This document shows, in pieces, positions 9,604 to 19,698 of a DNA stretch of 54,237 nt. The DNA comes from Spirochaetota bacterium. Lineage in GTDB: Bacteria > Spirochaetota > Spirochaetia > Treponematales > UBA12059. The translations under genes and the position numbers were made by a program. How positions within the stretch are numbered: the stretch's first letter is position 1; every line of letters starts with the position of its first letter. The stretch spans positions 1 through 54,237 of the forward strand of contig JAKPMS010000010.1 in NCBI GenBank assembly GCA_029548805.1, in the 5' to 3' direction. The notes below the pieces were generated by a model. It was not told the DNA's origin and did no database searches. It saw nothing but the letters and a program-made list of their open reading frames with translations.

Positions 9604-10602
9604 ATGACCAGTTACAAGGTTTTAGGATTAACAAACAGTGTAGATTTGTTTAAAAAAGCCATAGCAGGAGCTTATGCCCTGCCTGCTTATAATTTTAACA
9701 ACATGGAGCAGATGCAGGCCATAATCCAGGCCTGTGTAGAAACCAGAAGCCCTGTTATTTTACAGGTATCCTCCGGCGCAAGAAAATACGCCAATGCCAA
9801 TCTGCTCAGAAACATGGCCAGAGGCGCTGTTGAATATGCTGCAGAATTGGGCTTCCCCATTCCGATCGTATTGCATCTTGACCATGGCGACAGCTATGAG
9901 CTTTGTGTCGATTGCATAGAAAACGGATTTTCCAGCGTTATGATAGACGGTTCCCACTTGCCATACGATAAAAACGTAGCTTTGACCAAAAAAGTATGTG
10001 ATTACGCTCACAGTCGTCCGGATTATGTGAGCGTGGAAGGCGAACTGGGTGTATTGGCAGGGGTAGAAGACGATGTATCTTCCGAGCATTCCCATTATAC
10101 CCAGCCGGAAGAAGTGGAAGACTTTGTCAAAAAGACTGGAGTGGATTCGCTTGCAATTTCCATAGGTACCAGTCACGGAAGAAGCAAGTTCAAGCCGGAG
10201 CAATGCAGCAGGGACTCCAATGGGCTGCTTGTTCCGCCTCCGTTGCGTTTTGATATTCTGGAAGAAATTGAAAAAAGGATACCCGGTTTTCCGATAGTGC
10301 TGCATGGTTCATCCAGTGTACCGCAGGAGTATATTGCCATTATTGAAAAGTTTGGAGGCAGGCTGAAAGACTCCATAGGAATACCCGAGGATCAACTCAG
10401 AAAAGCCGCTAAAAGTTCGGTTTGCAAAATAAATATTGATTCGGATGGGCGCCTGGCCATGACAGCCATGATACGCAAAGTTTTTGCGGAACATCCGGAA
10501 GAGTTTGATCCGCGCAAATACCTGGGTCCCGCCAGGGATGAGCTTAAAAAGCTGTATATGCATAAAAACATAGAGGTATTGGGCTCTGCAGGTAAAGCCT
10601 GA
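9604..10602 (+). CDS. fba: Class II fructose-1,6-bisphosphate aldolase
   Basis: VLHLDHGDS and SIGTSHG motifs are present. I prefer the ATG at 9604 (MTSYKVLGL...) because a GGGAG RBS precedes it. Confidence 0.9.
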   Translation: MTSYKVLGLTNSVDLFKKAIAGAYALPAYNFNNMEQMQAIIQACVETRSPVILQVSSGARKYANANLLRNMARGAVEYAAELGFPIPIVLHLDHGDSYELCVDCIENGFSSVMIDGSHLPYDKNVALTKKVCDYAHSRPDYVSVEGELGVLAGVEDDVSSEHSHYTQPEEVEDFVKKTGVDSLAISIGTSHGRSKFKPEQCSRDSNGLLVPPPLRFDILEEIEKRIPGFPIVLHGSSSVPQEYIAIIEKFGGRLKDSIGIPEDQLRKAAKSSVCKINIDSDGRLAMTAMIRKVFAEHPEEFDPRKYLGPARDELKKLYMHKNIEVLGSAGKA

Positions 10603-10611
10603 TATTTTAAG

Positions 10612-10650
10612 GGCATTACCAAGCACTGCGCCTGGTGATGCCTTTTTTTT
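10612..10650. terminator. Bidirectional terminator between fba and rnhA
   Basis: A 10-bp stem (GGCATTACCA / TGGTGATGCC, one G-U pair) is followed by T8. Confidence 0.7.
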
Positions 10651-10658
10651 ATATCAGC

Positions 10659-11135
10659 TCAGTACTGATTGTTGCATGCAGCGTTTTCTGCTGCCGTTTT
10701 TGCCAACTTGTCGCAATACTCGTTCCATTGCTCGCCTGAGTGGCCTTCTACCCAGGTCCATTCCGCGCCTGTTACTGCGGACAGGGCATCCAGCTCTTCC
10801 CATAATTCCCTGTTTTTGACCGGAGTTTTTGCGGAAGTTTTCCAGCCATTTCTTTTCCAGGAGTTTATCCATTTGGTTACTCCGTTTTTTACATATTGGG
10901 AATCTGTCCTGACTTCCATATCAGCTTTTTGTATTTCTCCGGATTTTACAAGCTTTTCAACAGCTTTTAGTCCTTCTATGGCAGCCTTCAATTCCATGCG
11001 ATTGTTTGTGGTATCGGATTCGCAGCCGGAGTTTTCCAAACTGCCTGTACCCGAAATACAAACCCATGCCCAGCCGCCGGGGCCAGGGTTTCCCGAGCAG
11101 GCTCCGTCACAATACAGTATATGCGTTTTTGACAT
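10659..11135 (-). CDS. rnhA: Ribonuclease HI
   Basis: YCDGACSGNPGPGGWA and ...VEGHSGEQWNEYCDKLA motifs are present. I prefer the start at 11135 (MSKTHILY) because a GAGGA RBS precedes it. Confidence 0.9.
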   Translation of the reverse strand: MSKTHILYCDGACSGNPGPGGWAWVCISGTGSLENSGCESDTTNNRMELKAAIEGLKAVEKLVKSGEIQKADMEVRTDSQYVKNGVTKWINSWKRNGWKTSAKTPVKNRELWEELDALSAVTGAEWTWVEGHSGEQWNEYCDKLAKTAAENAACNNQY

Positions 11136-11157
11136 AAAGTATCCTCTATAACGGTTT

Positions 11158-13044
11158 TTAGTTGAGAGCTGATGGCACAAAAACAAGGCTTAGCCATGGT
11201 ATCCAGGTTACAAGTGCCAAAACAGCCAACTGGGCTAGGAAAAACGGAAAAACATCTTTGTAAATACGCATAACCGGCTTGTTAAATGCATAGCTTGCAA
11301 GAAAAAGATTCATGCCTATGGGCGGAGTTAAAAAGCCTATAGACAGGTTGGCAATAAAAATTACCCCAAGATGTACCGGATGGACTCCATACACTGCTCC
11401 CAGGGGTATAACCATGGGAGAAACCACCAGGACCGCAGAAAAAATATCCATAAAACAGCCCACAACCAGCAACGCCAGGTTTAACAATAGAAGGAACATA
11501 AACCTGGAGCTTACTACATTGCTTATCCATTCGGTAAACAATTCCGGCAAACCAGCCATCATGGTATAAAAGGACAGAGCCCTGGCTGCGGCTATTATTA
11601 TTAACGCACCCCCGGCTACCGGTAAGGCTTTGGCTACAGCTCTCATAACTTCTTTTGGGCCAAGGTCCTTGCGGACGGGAGCCTCCAGAAGAATCACATA
11701 AACCAGAATGATGGCTCCGATTTCGGTAATGGTGGCAAATCCGCTCAGATAAAACACCAGTATTATGAATGGAATTATTATTTCTGGCAGGGCCTTCCAG
11801 AGAGCGGCAACGGCAGTCTTGCCGTTAAAAGCGTTTCTTGGAGAGCCGGATTTTATGCTTTTATTTACTCCAAAAGCTGCCATAGCCAAAACAAACATGA
11901 GTCCCGGCAAAATTCCGCCAAGAAACATGTCCCCAATTGTAAAAGCGGAGCTGCCCTGGACTATAAAAGTGGCGTTTATTGCGTAAATTATTACAGCCAT
12001 GCTGGGCGGAAACAATAAACCAATGGAAGAAGAAGCGGTCAAAAAGCCATGACTAAAATCCTCAGAGTAATTGCTGCTTTCCGTCAATACAAGGGACAAT
12101 ATGCCCCCGAGCGCCAATATTGCCACGCCGTTGGCCCCGGTAAAGGTAGTAAAAAAAGCACATACCAGTACAGCGGCAAAGGCTTCTCCTCCAGGCAGCC
12201 AGCTGAACCATTCCCTGAACACTGATACAAGGCGCTTTCCTGCGTCAGACTCGGACAGGACAAAGCCAGCCAATGTAAAAAGCGGAATAGCAGGCATGCT
12301 GTCGTTTCTTAAAAGATTATATGCCTCGCTTGGTATCAGCTCCAAGGCAGAAAAAGCTCCAAGAAACAACAGCATTGCAGAGCCGGAAATGACCGCATAA
12401 AGAGGCAAACCCAAAAAAGCCAGTATTATCAACAAAACAATAATAGGTATTTTTAGGATCAGCATGCTTGCCATAACAGTATCTGAAACCGAACCCAGAA
12501 GGTCGGGATACAGTCCAAAAAAACCGGATATATTCAATATAACTGGGCTGGAAAGGAGCACTGCGGCAATTATGCCAATAATGATGGTCAGAAAAGCTTT
12601 GCTGTCCCTAATATCTTGTACAGTCATAATAAACAGGCCAATGGCCATGGGGCTGGCAAATACTGCTTTGGACAGGTCGAAAATTTTGTCTCCAGGTTCA
12701 AAGCCGTTCAAAAGCAAAGATATGCTGGCAAAAAAAAGACACAAATCAATTGCTATTAGTATTCCGGTCTTTAGTTGGTTCAAAGCCCGTACAAAGCCGG
12801 CTTTGCTAACAGGGCTTTTGCCAAGGACCAGGTGTTTTCCTGTAAGGCTGGCTACAGCTGCGGCTAAAAAGGCAAGGGCAACAAGGCTGTGTTCCTGCAA
12901 CTGTGCAGCACTTGGGATACCTTTCCAGAAGACTCTGGCCAAAACTAAATCCAGAATGGGAACCAGGCTTAAAAAAGCCGCAGAAAGCAGCGCCATAAAA
13001 AAGGCAATATGGTGCAGTTTGTCCTTTTTTTCTGAACTGTTCAT
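11158..13044 (-). CDS. TRAP transporter fused small/large permease (TatQM-like DctQ-DctM fusion)
   Basis: 628-aa polytopic protein. Its start overlaps the stop of the upstream binding-protein gene by 1 nt (TAATG). Confidence 0.85.
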   Translation of the reverse strand: MNSSEKKDKLHHIAFFMALLSAAFLSLVPILDLVLARVFWKGIPSAAQLQEHSLVALAFLAAAVASLTGKHLVLGKSPVSKAGFVRALNQLKTGILIAIDLCLFFASISLLLNGFEPGDKIFDLSKAVFASPMAIGLFIMTVQDIRDSKAFLTIIIGIIAAVLLSSPVILNISGFFGLYPDLLGSVSDTVMASMLILKIPIIVLLIILAFLGLPLYAVISGSAMLLFLGAFSALELIPSEAYNLLRNDSMPAIPLFTLAGFVLSESDAGKRLVSVFREWFSWLPGGEAFAAVLVCAFFTTFTGANGVAILALGGILSLVLTESSNYSEDFSHGFLTASSSIGLLFPPSMAVIIYAINATFIVQGSSAFTIGDMFLGGILPGLMFVLAMAAFGVNKSIKSGSPRNAFNGKTAVAALWKALPEIIIPFIILVFYLSGFATITEIGAIILVYVILLEAPVRKDLGPKEVMRAVAKALPVAGGALIIIAAARALSFYTMMAGLPELFTEWISNVVSSRFMFLLLLNLALLVVGCFMDIFSAVLVVSPMVIPLGAVYGVHPVHLGVIFIANLSIGFLTPPIGMNLFLASYAFNKPVMRIYKDVFPFFLAQLAVLALVTWIPWLSLVFVPSALN

Positions 13045-14030
13045 TATCTGCCCGTAACTTTAAGGATGCTTTTGACAAAATCTTCCGAAAACCACTTTAT
13101 AACATCCGAGTTAAGCTTTTCATTATAAAAGTTGTTCCAGATCTTGTTGTTAAGCTCCGAGGCGGCTGAAACTGTCAAGCCATTAGCCTTCATTGTACCA
13201 ATAGCTTCCAATTCCAGCTTGCCCGACTGTTCTCCTATTTCCTTGAATACTTTTTCCGCGGAAGCAATCAGCCTGGCTTTCAGATCATCGGGGATTCTGT
13301 TCCAGGAACGGCTGTTTATGATTAAGGCACCAAAAAACGGTGCAAGAGGATAGGCTGTCATATGGCTAATTACCCTTTTGTACTGTGACCACAGGGCTGC
13401 TACAAACAGGGGGCTGGAATACATGGCATCCAAGGCTCCGGAATTGAATTGCAGCAGCGTGGAAGACGAGTCCGCTTTTACTGTTCTTACCCCTATGGAC
13501 TGGAATAATCTTGTTATATTTTCCATATTGCGGTTGACACCCATTCGCACTTTGCGTAAATCGTCAGGCGTGTTGATCTCCTGGTTGCTGAAAAAATAAA
13601 TCCAGCCGCCTTTGGCTGCAGCAATAAATTCGTACCTGTCTCCGATCTTGTTTTTTATGAGGGGTATGGCCGCATTCATTACCGTATCGTATTCGGAATT
13701 ATTGCGTATTACGCTTGGCATGGATAAAAAGTATGCATCGTTTTCTATAAGTCCTAAGCCTGTTGTATCCAGGATTACACCATCCAGATTAAATTTGAGT
13801 TTCTGAATAAGGTCTTCCTGACTGGAGCTGGACACGCTTTTAGGGAAGGCTATTTTTACCCTTCCGCCCGAAATAGACGACCACTCTGCAGCCAGTTTTT
13901 TTAAACCAAGATCCCAGGGGCTGTTGGCGGGGGCCGTTGATCCTATTTGCAGCACTATGTTTTGGGCAAAAACCATATTGGCTGTCAAACATAAAACTAG
14001 TGATATTATTAAAAGTTTGTACTTGTACAT
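13044..14030 (-). CDS. TRAP transporter substrate-binding protein (DctP/TatP-like)
   Basis: Signal peptide, DctP-like size (328 aa) and an operon position between the TPR protein and the permease. Confidence 0.8.
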   Translation of the reverse strand: MYKYKLLIISLVLCLTANMVFAQNIVLQIGSTAPANSPWDLGLKKLAAEWSSISGGRVKIAFPKSVSSSSQEDLIQKLKFNLDGVILDTTGLGLIENDAYFLSMPSVIRNNSEYDTVMNAAIPLIKNKIGDRYEFIAAAKGGWIYFFSNQEINTPDDLRKVRMGVNRNMENITRLFQSIGVRTVKADSSSTLLQFNSGALDAMYSSPLFVAALWSQYKRVISHMTAYPLAPFFGALIINSRSWNRIPDDLKARLIASAEKVFKEIGEQSGKLELEAIGTMKANGLTVSAASELNNKIWNNFYNEKLNSDVIKWFSEDFVKSILKVTGR

Positions 14031-14072
14031 GATTTACTCCATAAAATTATTGTCATACAGCGGGCTATTGCG

Positions 14073-14960
14073 CTAAAAATACAAGTCTATATCTTCTAAC
14101 AGTCTGGCTGCTTTTTGGGATGCTAGCACATCAGTCAAAGCGCTATCCTGCCGGACAGGAAGCCTTGCAGCCTGTTGCAGGGATTTTTCAAATTCAGCCC
14201 TGCTGCCTTCTAGGGTACTGATGTTTTTGGCATAAGCAAACAGTACAGATGCGGATTTGCCGCCGGTTTTAAGCATTGCAAGCTCATAAGCCTGTTTGGC
14301 TTTTTCTATATTGCCGCCCAGATCTTTTGGCAATGCAGCATATACTGTTATGGCCAGCTCATACAGGCTGCCATTGTTCCAGTCGGGGTCTATGGCATAA
14401 GCCCTTTCAAACAGGCTTAAGGCCAATGAAACCTTTGTTGCAGTGTTAAAATCCATAGGGTTGCTGGAAAAAGCGGATAAAATTGCTGCGCTTGTCCAAT
14501 ACAACAATGGTATGTCTTTGGCCTTGAAAGTATTCAAAGCTTTGTGGCTAATATCTATATCGCTTAAAAATGAATGTTTTGCTTTTTCTTCTATCACGGG
14601 CAACAAAATATCCACTGCGCGTAAATAAAGGGCATTGGCCCGCTTTGTAAGCCTTGCTTTTTCTTCATATTCTTCGTCATCCAGCAGAAAAGCTTCGTTT
14701 TCTAGGAAAGCATTGGCATACATGACATACAATTGGGCTGTCATTACAGCATTGCCATGGTTTTTTTTGTCAGCAAAATAAATGGCCTCGCTTGCCTTCA
14801 TCATGGTAGGAAGGGCAGCTTTGGCAAGCTCCGGATCCCGTTCCTGTATAAAAACCTGAGAAGCGTAAGAACCGGCTTTTATAATGGTACAGGAATTGAA
14901 AAAGACAAGTGTAAGCAAAAGATTAATTGCAAAAAATTGAAACCTGTTTTTAACTGCCAT
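14073..14960 (-). CDS. TPR lipoprotein TatT-like, accessory component of a TPR-protein-associated TRAP transporter
   Basis: Lipobox FFNSC and an all-helical TPR-like repeat sequence. It is first in an operon with the DctP-like and DctQM-like genes, matching the T. pallidum Tp0956-0958 arrangement as I recall it. Confidence 0.7.
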   Translation of the reverse strand: MAVKNRFQFFAINLLLTLVFFNSCTIIKAGSYASQVFIQERDPELAKAALPTMMKASEAIYFADKKNHGNAVMTAQLYVMYANAFLENEAFLLDDEEYEEKARLTKRANALYLRAVDILLPVIEEKAKHSFLSDIDISHKALNTFKAKDIPLLYWTSAAILSAFSSNPMDFNTATKVSLALSLFERAYAIDPDWNNGSLYELAITVYAALPKDLGGNIEKAKQAYELAMLKTGGKSASVLFAYAKNISTLEGSRAEFEKSLQQAARLPVRQDSALTDVLASQKAARLLEDIDLYF

Positions 14961-15051
14961 ATCATAAAAGTATCAGGGATAAATCCAAGTTTTGTCAATA
15001 TTGAAGCTTTGTGCAGTTGATAAAATATGACAGGGGGTTTAACATCCCGAA

Positions 15052-16806
15052 GTGCTCAAAACTTACAAAACGCTTTTTCCGTACATAAAAAAGCATAAAT
15101 ACAGGTACATAATCGGAATAGCCTGTCTGGTGGCTGTAGACAGCGCCCAACTTCTGTTGCCCCAGTATCTTCGTAAAGCCATAAACTCCATTTCCGAAGG
15201 CAAGACAGCTTTAACCGTTCTGGCTATAGCTTTGGTAATGGTGCTTACGGCTGCGGGCATAGCTATGGGCCGCTTTTTATGGCGCTTTTTTATACACGGT
15301 TCTTCAAGAAGAATAGAAACAGCATTAAGAGACAGGTACTTTTCCCGCTTGATGACATTGCCAGCCGCATATTTTGGCAACACTGCTGCAGGAGATTTGA
15401 TGGCCAGGGCAACCAATGATATGCAGGCTGTACGAATGGCCGTAGGCATGGCCTTTGTTGCGTTTGTGGATGGTGGCTATATGTCCATAGCCATTTTGGT
15501 AGCCATGTTTGCACAAAATGCAAGGACCACGCTTGCGGTTGTTATCCCTTTGCCATTATTGTCCCTGCTAATCATTTTTTTTGGCTCTCTTGTGGGCAAG
15601 CGCTTTAAAAAAATGCAGGAAATCTACTCCAGGCTAAGCGCACTGGTACAGGAAACCCTGCAGGGCATGAGGATTGTTCAGTCTTTTGTCAAAGAAGAAT
15701 ATTTTTCCGAACGCTTTGCCGCCATTAATGAAGATTACAAAAAAGCCTCAATGAACCTGGTCAAGATTGACGGTTTCTTTTTCCCTTTCATAAATTTTTT
15801 GGCAGGATTATCCACCCTTGCCCTTGTTTTGTCCGGAGGACTGGCCTTGCTGGAAAACAGGATGAGCCCTGGAGACCTGGCTGCCATGCTGGCTTATCTG
15901 GAAATGCTTATATGGCCAATGCTGGGCGCCGGTTTTATGGTGAACCTTATGCAAAGGGGCGCTGCCAGCTTAAAACGGATAAACGAGGTTTTGGCTGTTG
16001 ACTCCGAGCCCGAATTTGGCATGGGAATACAGAAAACAGAAACTGCTCCCAAAGGGGACATAGAATTCAAAAAGTTGAACATGGTTTTTAGCGATACTGG
16101 CAAGACAGTTTTAAGCGATATATCAATATTCCTGTCTGCCGGTAAAACTTTGGGCATTCTGGGCAGGGTTGGTTCCGGCAAAACTATCCTGTTAAAAACC
16201 CTGCCAAGGATAATAGAAGCACCTGCCTCAAGCGTATATTGGGGCGGGCATGATATAGCTTCTTATTCTTTGCAAGCATTAAGATCATCCATAGGTTTTG
16301 TACCCCAGGACAGCTTTTTGTTTTCCGACAGCATAAAAGAAAACATACTGTTTTCAGATCCATATTTGCCCAAAGAGCGCTTTGAAAAAGCTGTTTCCAT
16401 TGCCGCTCTGGACAAGGACCTGAGGCTTTTTGACAAGGGCTGGAATACCATAGTAGGAGAAAAGGGTTTGAGCTTGTCCGGCGGCCAAAAACAGAGAGTG
16501 GCCATAGCCAGGGCTGTTGCCCGTAACCCCGAGCTGCTCATACTGGATGATGCCTTGTCAGCTGTTGATACAGAAACAGAAGAAGAAATCATGGATGCTT
16601 TGCTGGAAGACAGAAAGGGTAAAACCAGCATCATAGTGTCCAATCGCGTATCCACGCTTGGGCGTGCTGACAAAATTGCGGTACTGGACAAAGGAAAACT
16701 GGTCCAATATGGCAGCCCTAATGAGCTGGCAACGCAAAAAGGCTTTTATTCCGAGATAGCAGCTATGCAAGCCCTGAGCCGGGCTCCGCAATTGGAGGCA
16801 AATTAG
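15052..16806 (+). CDS. ABC exporter, fused permease/ATPase (heterodimer half 1)
   Basis: 584 aa with a six-TM N-terminal half, Walker A GRVGSGKT, signature LSGGQKQR and Walker B LILDDA. The GTG start has no clear RBS, so the start is uncertain. Confidence 0.85.
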   Translation: MLKTYKTLFPYIKKHKYRYIIGIACLVAVDSAQLLLPQYLRKAINSISEGKTALTVLAIALVMVLTAAGIAMGRFLWRFFIHGSSRRIETALRDRYFSRLMTLPAAYFGNTAAGDLMARATNDMQAVRMAVGMAFVAFVDGGYMSIAILVAMFAQNARTTLAVVIPLPLLSLLIIFFGSLVGKRFKKMQEIYSRLSALVQETLQGMRIVQSFVKEEYFSERFAAINEDYKKASMNLVKIDGFFFPFINFLAGLSTLALVLSGGLALLENRMSPGDLAAMLAYLEMLIWPMLGAGFMVNLMQRGAASLKRINEVLAVDSEPEFGMGIQKTETAPKGDIEFKKLNMVFSDTGKTVLSDISIFLSAGKTLGILGRVGSGKTILLKTLPRIIEAPASSVYWGGHDIASYSLQALRSSIGFVPQDSFLFSDSIKENILFSDPYLPKERFEKAVSIAALDKDLRLFDKGWNTIVGEKGLSLSGGQKQRVAIARAVARNPELLILDDALSAVDTETEEEIMDALLEDRKGKTSIIVSNRVSTLGRADKIAVLDKGKLVQYGSPNELATQKGFYSEIAAMQALSRAPQLEAN

Positions 16807-18948
16807 GTGCCCGACTTTTTTGAAACAGATGAAATTGTAAAGGGCTTTGACAGCCTCATCCTTAAAAGAATTTTTTCCTATGTAAAGCCTTATAAAAAAC
16901 TTATGGCTATAGCTGCAATATCGCTCCTTTTTGCTACAGCCACGGAACTGCTGCTCCCGCTTATAATAAAAAACGTCATGGATGAAGCGCTTGTGGCCAG
17001 CTGGATCGCCGTTAAGGAAGAAGCCGAACCCTTGCTAGCCAAGGACGGCCTCAGTATTTCCGCCGATGCGCCAAGAATGTCCGGAAATATTTATATAAGA
17101 GAATCATCACTTAAGGGAATTCCGGAAGCGTCTAAAAGGCGGATGCAAGAAAACAATTTGCTGGACTACGGGCCTTATTATGTAACAGAATTGGCGGACG
17201 GAATTGACTTGCCCGAAAAAATCTTGAAGGATGTTAGCTCTGGCTCTGGGCCAGGCTCAAGGCCAGGCCTTAGGCCTATTATTCAGAACAGCCTCTTTGT
17301 TGCCCCGCTTTCTTATATGGAAAAACTTTCTCCTGCGGATGCAAAAATTGTAAGGGACAAAGACAGAAAAACAGTAGTCCAGTATACGGTTCTGTTTTTT
17401 ATTGTTTTGTGCCTTGCCTTGTTGTCCAGTTTCGGACAAGCCTGGTCAGCCAATTACATAGGGCAGCATGTCATGGTGGATTTGCGTAGAGAACTCTTTT
17501 TGCACACCAGCAGACAATCTATGGCCTTTTTGTCCAGGCAACCCGTTGGCAGGCTTGTTACCCGCCTGTCGGGTGATGTGGAAACCATAAACGAATTTTT
17601 TACCAGCGTTGTAGTGTCGTTTATAAAGGATGCCAGCATTATGGCCGGCTCCTTGTCGGTTCTGTTTGTCATGAGTCCAGGACTGGGCTTTGTTACCCTT
17701 CTTACCCTGCCGCCAGTTTTCATTGCAACGGCCATTTTCCGGCGTAAAGCCAGGGATGCCTTCAGGCGGCAGAGGACGTGGTTATCAAAAGTAAACTCTT
17801 TTATAGCCGAGCATATAGCCGGGGTGGTGATTGTAAAGCTTTTTGGCAAGGAAAAAGCGTCTGCAGAAGCTTTTAAAAAAGACAATGCCGAACTTATGAA
17901 GGCCAACCTAGGGGAGATGTACATTTTTGCAATTTTTAGGCCGTTGATAGAACTTTTTTCCTACAGCTCTATTGCAGCAGTTTTATGGTACGGAACAAAA
18001 ATGCATCACAACGGCCTTATAAGCCTTGGAGCCCTGATAGCTTTTGTAAACCTTATAAGAATGTTCTATTCTCCCTTGCAGGACATTTCAGAAAAATACA
18101 CCCTGTTGCAGAGTGCCATGGCTGGAGGAGAGCGTGTATTCCAGCTTCTTGACACGGACAATTGCATAGAAGACAAGGGCACACACAGCATACGGAAGAC
18201 AATAAAAAGCAATATAGAATTTGACCATGTATGGTTTGCATACAAGGCCGAAGACTGGGTGTTAAAGGATATAAGCTTTAGTCTAGAAGCGGGCAAGAGC
18301 CTGGCCATAGTAGGCTATAGCGGAGCCGGAAAAAGCACAATAGGAGCTTTGCTTAACAGAATGTGGGATCCGCAAAAGGGAGTAATCCGGCTGGACGGAG
18401 TAAATATCAGGGATATTCCTGTTAAAGATTTGCGCAGCACGATACAGCCTGTTATGCAGGATGTATTCATATTTTCTGGCAGCATAGCCGGCAATATAGC
18501 TTTGGGCAGAGACATTTCTATGGAACAAATAGAAAAAGCGGCCAGGACAGTACATGCACATGAGTTTATTGAACAACTGCCGCAAGGCTACGAAACAGTT
18601 TTGGGTGAGGGGGCGGCAAGCCTGTCTTCCGGGCAACGCCAGCTATTGTCCTTTGCCAGGGCAGTAGCCCACGAACCGTCCATAGTGGTGCTGGATGAGG
18701 CAACCAGCTCGGTAGACACGGAAACGGAACAGCTTTTGCAGAAGGGCCTGGCAGCCATTATGCAGGAAAGAACAACCATAGCCATAGCCCATCGCCTTTC
18801 CACCATAAAAAATGCCGACCAGATACTGGTTATAAATGACGGCAGGGTGGCAGAATACGGCAACCATGACAGTTTGATAAAAGCCGGAGGAATTTATTTT
18901 AACCTGTATAATTTGCAATATCAGGGCGAACTTATATCTGTTGAATGA
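16807..18948 (+). CDS. ABC exporter, fused permease/ATPase (heterodimer half 2) with a long TM1-TM2 insertion
   Basis: 713 aa with Walker A GYSGAGKS, signature LSSGQRQL and Walker B VVLDEA. The GTG start directly follows the upstream stop, with GGAGG 8 nt upstream. Confidence 0.85.
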   Translation: MPDFFETDEIVKGFDSLILKRIFSYVKPYKKLMAIAAISLLFATATELLLPLIIKNVMDEALVASWIAVKEEAEPLLAKDGLSISADAPRMSGNIYIRESSLKGIPEASKRRMQENNLLDYGPYYVTELADGIDLPEKILKDVSSGSGPGSRPGLRPIIQNSLFVAPLSYMEKLSPADAKIVRDKDRKTVVQYTVLFFIVLCLALLSSFGQAWSANYIGQHVMVDLRRELFLHTSRQSMAFLSRQPVGRLVTRLSGDVETINEFFTSVVVSFIKDASIMAGSLSVLFVMSPGLGFVTLLTLPPVFIATAIFRRKARDAFRRQRTWLSKVNSFIAEHIAGVVIVKLFGKEKASAEAFKKDNAELMKANLGEMYIFAIFRPLIELFSYSSIAAVLWYGTKMHHNGLISLGALIAFVNLIRMFYSPLQDISEKYTLLQSAMAGGERVFQLLDTDNCIEDKGTHSIRKTIKSNIEFDHVWFAYKAEDWVLKDISFSLEAGKSLAIVGYSGAGKSTIGALLNRMWDPQKGVIRLDGVNIRDIPVKDLRSTIQPVMQDVFIFSGSIAGNIALGRDISMEQIEKAARTVHAHEFIEQLPQGYETVLGEGAASLSSGQRQLLSFARAVAHEPSIVVLDEATSSVDTETEQLLQKGLAAIMQERTTIAIAHRLSTIKNADQILVINDGRVAEYGNHDSLIKAGGIYFNLYNLQYQGELISVE

Positions 18949-18977
18949 GTACGGGCAACAAACTGTTTTATTGCCAA

Positions 18978-19613
18978 TCAAAACTCGTCAAGAAAGCTGG
19001 ACCTTAGTATGTCTTCAATGGCCCTAAGCTCTTCCTTTGCAGACTTGAGCTTATAAAATGTTGCCATGTCCATGTATTTGACGGTTAACGGGCGTTCTAT
19101 GCTGACCCTGCTAATACTGTCATTCCACTGGCTTTCCTGAGGCGAAATGAGTTCTGGCTTGCCATATTTACGGCTCAAAGTGGTAAAAATGGAGTAGTGG
19201 TCTATTTCTTTTTCGTTCATTGCAAATATCATGATAAAAAGCTGGTCTTTGTAAAACTGGAAAAACGCGCGCCTTATAAAGGATGTGCCGCCTACTTCTA
19301 TCAGGCTTTCATCTGGCCTGGGCAATAAGCTTACATCGGGATCTCCCCTGTAAGAAAACAGGCTGTCCGATTTAAGAGCCTCTTTTACCTCTTCCATGCT
19401 CATACCAAGCTCCAGACCCCTAAAAGCCCTGGGAAGCATAGCGGCTTCAACACTGCTGGATGCATCCGCAGCCTGTAGCAGACTTGTAGCGCCAAATGGC
19501 TGGCTTTGTGCGCTTGCCATATTGGGCAGCAGCAACAAAAGCAGCACCAAAAAAGCGTAGCCAGCGGCTATATACCCGGATTTTGCAAAACTCGAAAAAT
19601 GTTTAGGCGTCAT
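18978..19613 (-). CDS. Hypothetical secreted protein
   Basis: N-terminal hydrophobic signal-like segment and no recognised motif. Confidence 0.5.
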   Translation of the reverse strand: MTPKHFSSFAKSGYIAAGYAFLVLLLLLLPNMASAQSQPFGATSLLQAADASSSVEAAMLPRAFRGLELGMSMEEVKEALKSDSLFSYRGDPDVSLLPRPDESLIEVGGTSFIRRAFFQFYKDQLFIMIFAMNEKEIDHYSIFTTLSRKYGKPELISPQESQWNDSISRVSIERPLTVKYMDMATFYKLKSAKEELRAIEDILRSSFLDEF

Positions 19614-19698
19614 TATTGTTTATATCGGTATTGTTCCTGTTCAAATTCATGCTTTAGTGCTATTGCACTATGCCTTTTTTATTGTATAGGCTGTTTTT

